DNA of 63,826 bases, filler included, from Neoconidiobolus thromboides FSU 785 (Eukaryota; Fungi; Entomophthoromycota), in the NCBI GenBank assembly GCA_025603075.1. It is 11 parts of 11 records of this genome, joined end to end, with 100 filler letters (N's around TTAATTAATTAA, not from the genome) between each part and the next. Parts side by side here need not be neighbours in the genome. Positions count along the whole stretch, not along the records: positions 61,715 to 63,826 come from MU626880.1; 10 more parts are not named here. One strand, written 5' to 3'. Below the pieces are notes generated by a model. The model saw only the letters and a list, made by a program, of their open reading frames with translations, was not told the origin of the DNA and did not search any database. Both the position numbers and the translations under genes were made by a program. This document shows positions 63,526 to 63,826 of this stretch, piece by piece. Each line of letters starts with the position of its first letter. The stretch's first letter is position 1.

Positions 63526-63826
63526 TTTGTAACCTTAATTGGAACTATATCGCTTTTTTTTATGTATTAGATACTGGGTAACAGTGTAGTTTATTATTAT
63601 ATTTAATAAAACGTGAATATTTCTTAATACCTTGCATCTGCATTATTCTTTTGTATTTTTGTTTCTTTTATACTTTTTAAAAATTATATCTGTTTTTTCA
63701 TTATTAACAGTCGAGTTATTAATTTTATTACGTTCATAAGTAAAAGTCTCAAACCTTGAAATTAATTGATTGATATTTTCTATTTTACCTAATGCTTCAA
63801 AACTACTTTTTCATTTTTTAAATCTT

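Overview
AT-rich (roughly 25% GC by eye), intron-rich eukaryotic DNA from a gapped fungal scaffold. It has ten 100-bp N gaps carrying a TTAATTAATTAA linker and one 750-N gap. Gene style (intronless secreted trypsins, many P450 fragments, short GT-AG introns) suggests an early-diverging fungus such as an Entomophthorales/Conidiobolus-type organism; this is inference. Housekeeping genes: CCA1, a GPATCH1-like G-patch protein, tRNA-Lys(CTT), a Nudix (Ddp1/Aps1-type) hydrolase, an alpha/beta hydrolase, an F-box protein, HSF, POT1, a thioredoxin-SHP-UBX fusion, SerRS, and a very large Ig/ASH-like repeat protein. Accessory content: a tandem trypsin array (3 copies), two Thr-rich mucin-like genes, a 53-aa secreted peptide sharing the N-terminal 2-Cys module of one mucin, several P450 fragments, and about 20 copies of a ~97-bp MITE with GGGG...CCCC ends and 4-bp target-site duplications. 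Most notable: (1) the MITE family with co-varying 4-bp TSDs (Sola-like); (2) the WCGPC thioredoxin fused to two Cdc48/p97-binding modules; (3) the head-to-head micro-peptide/mucin pair; (4) mosaic identity between trypsin paralogs. No CRISPR, rRNA or intact transposase was seen.
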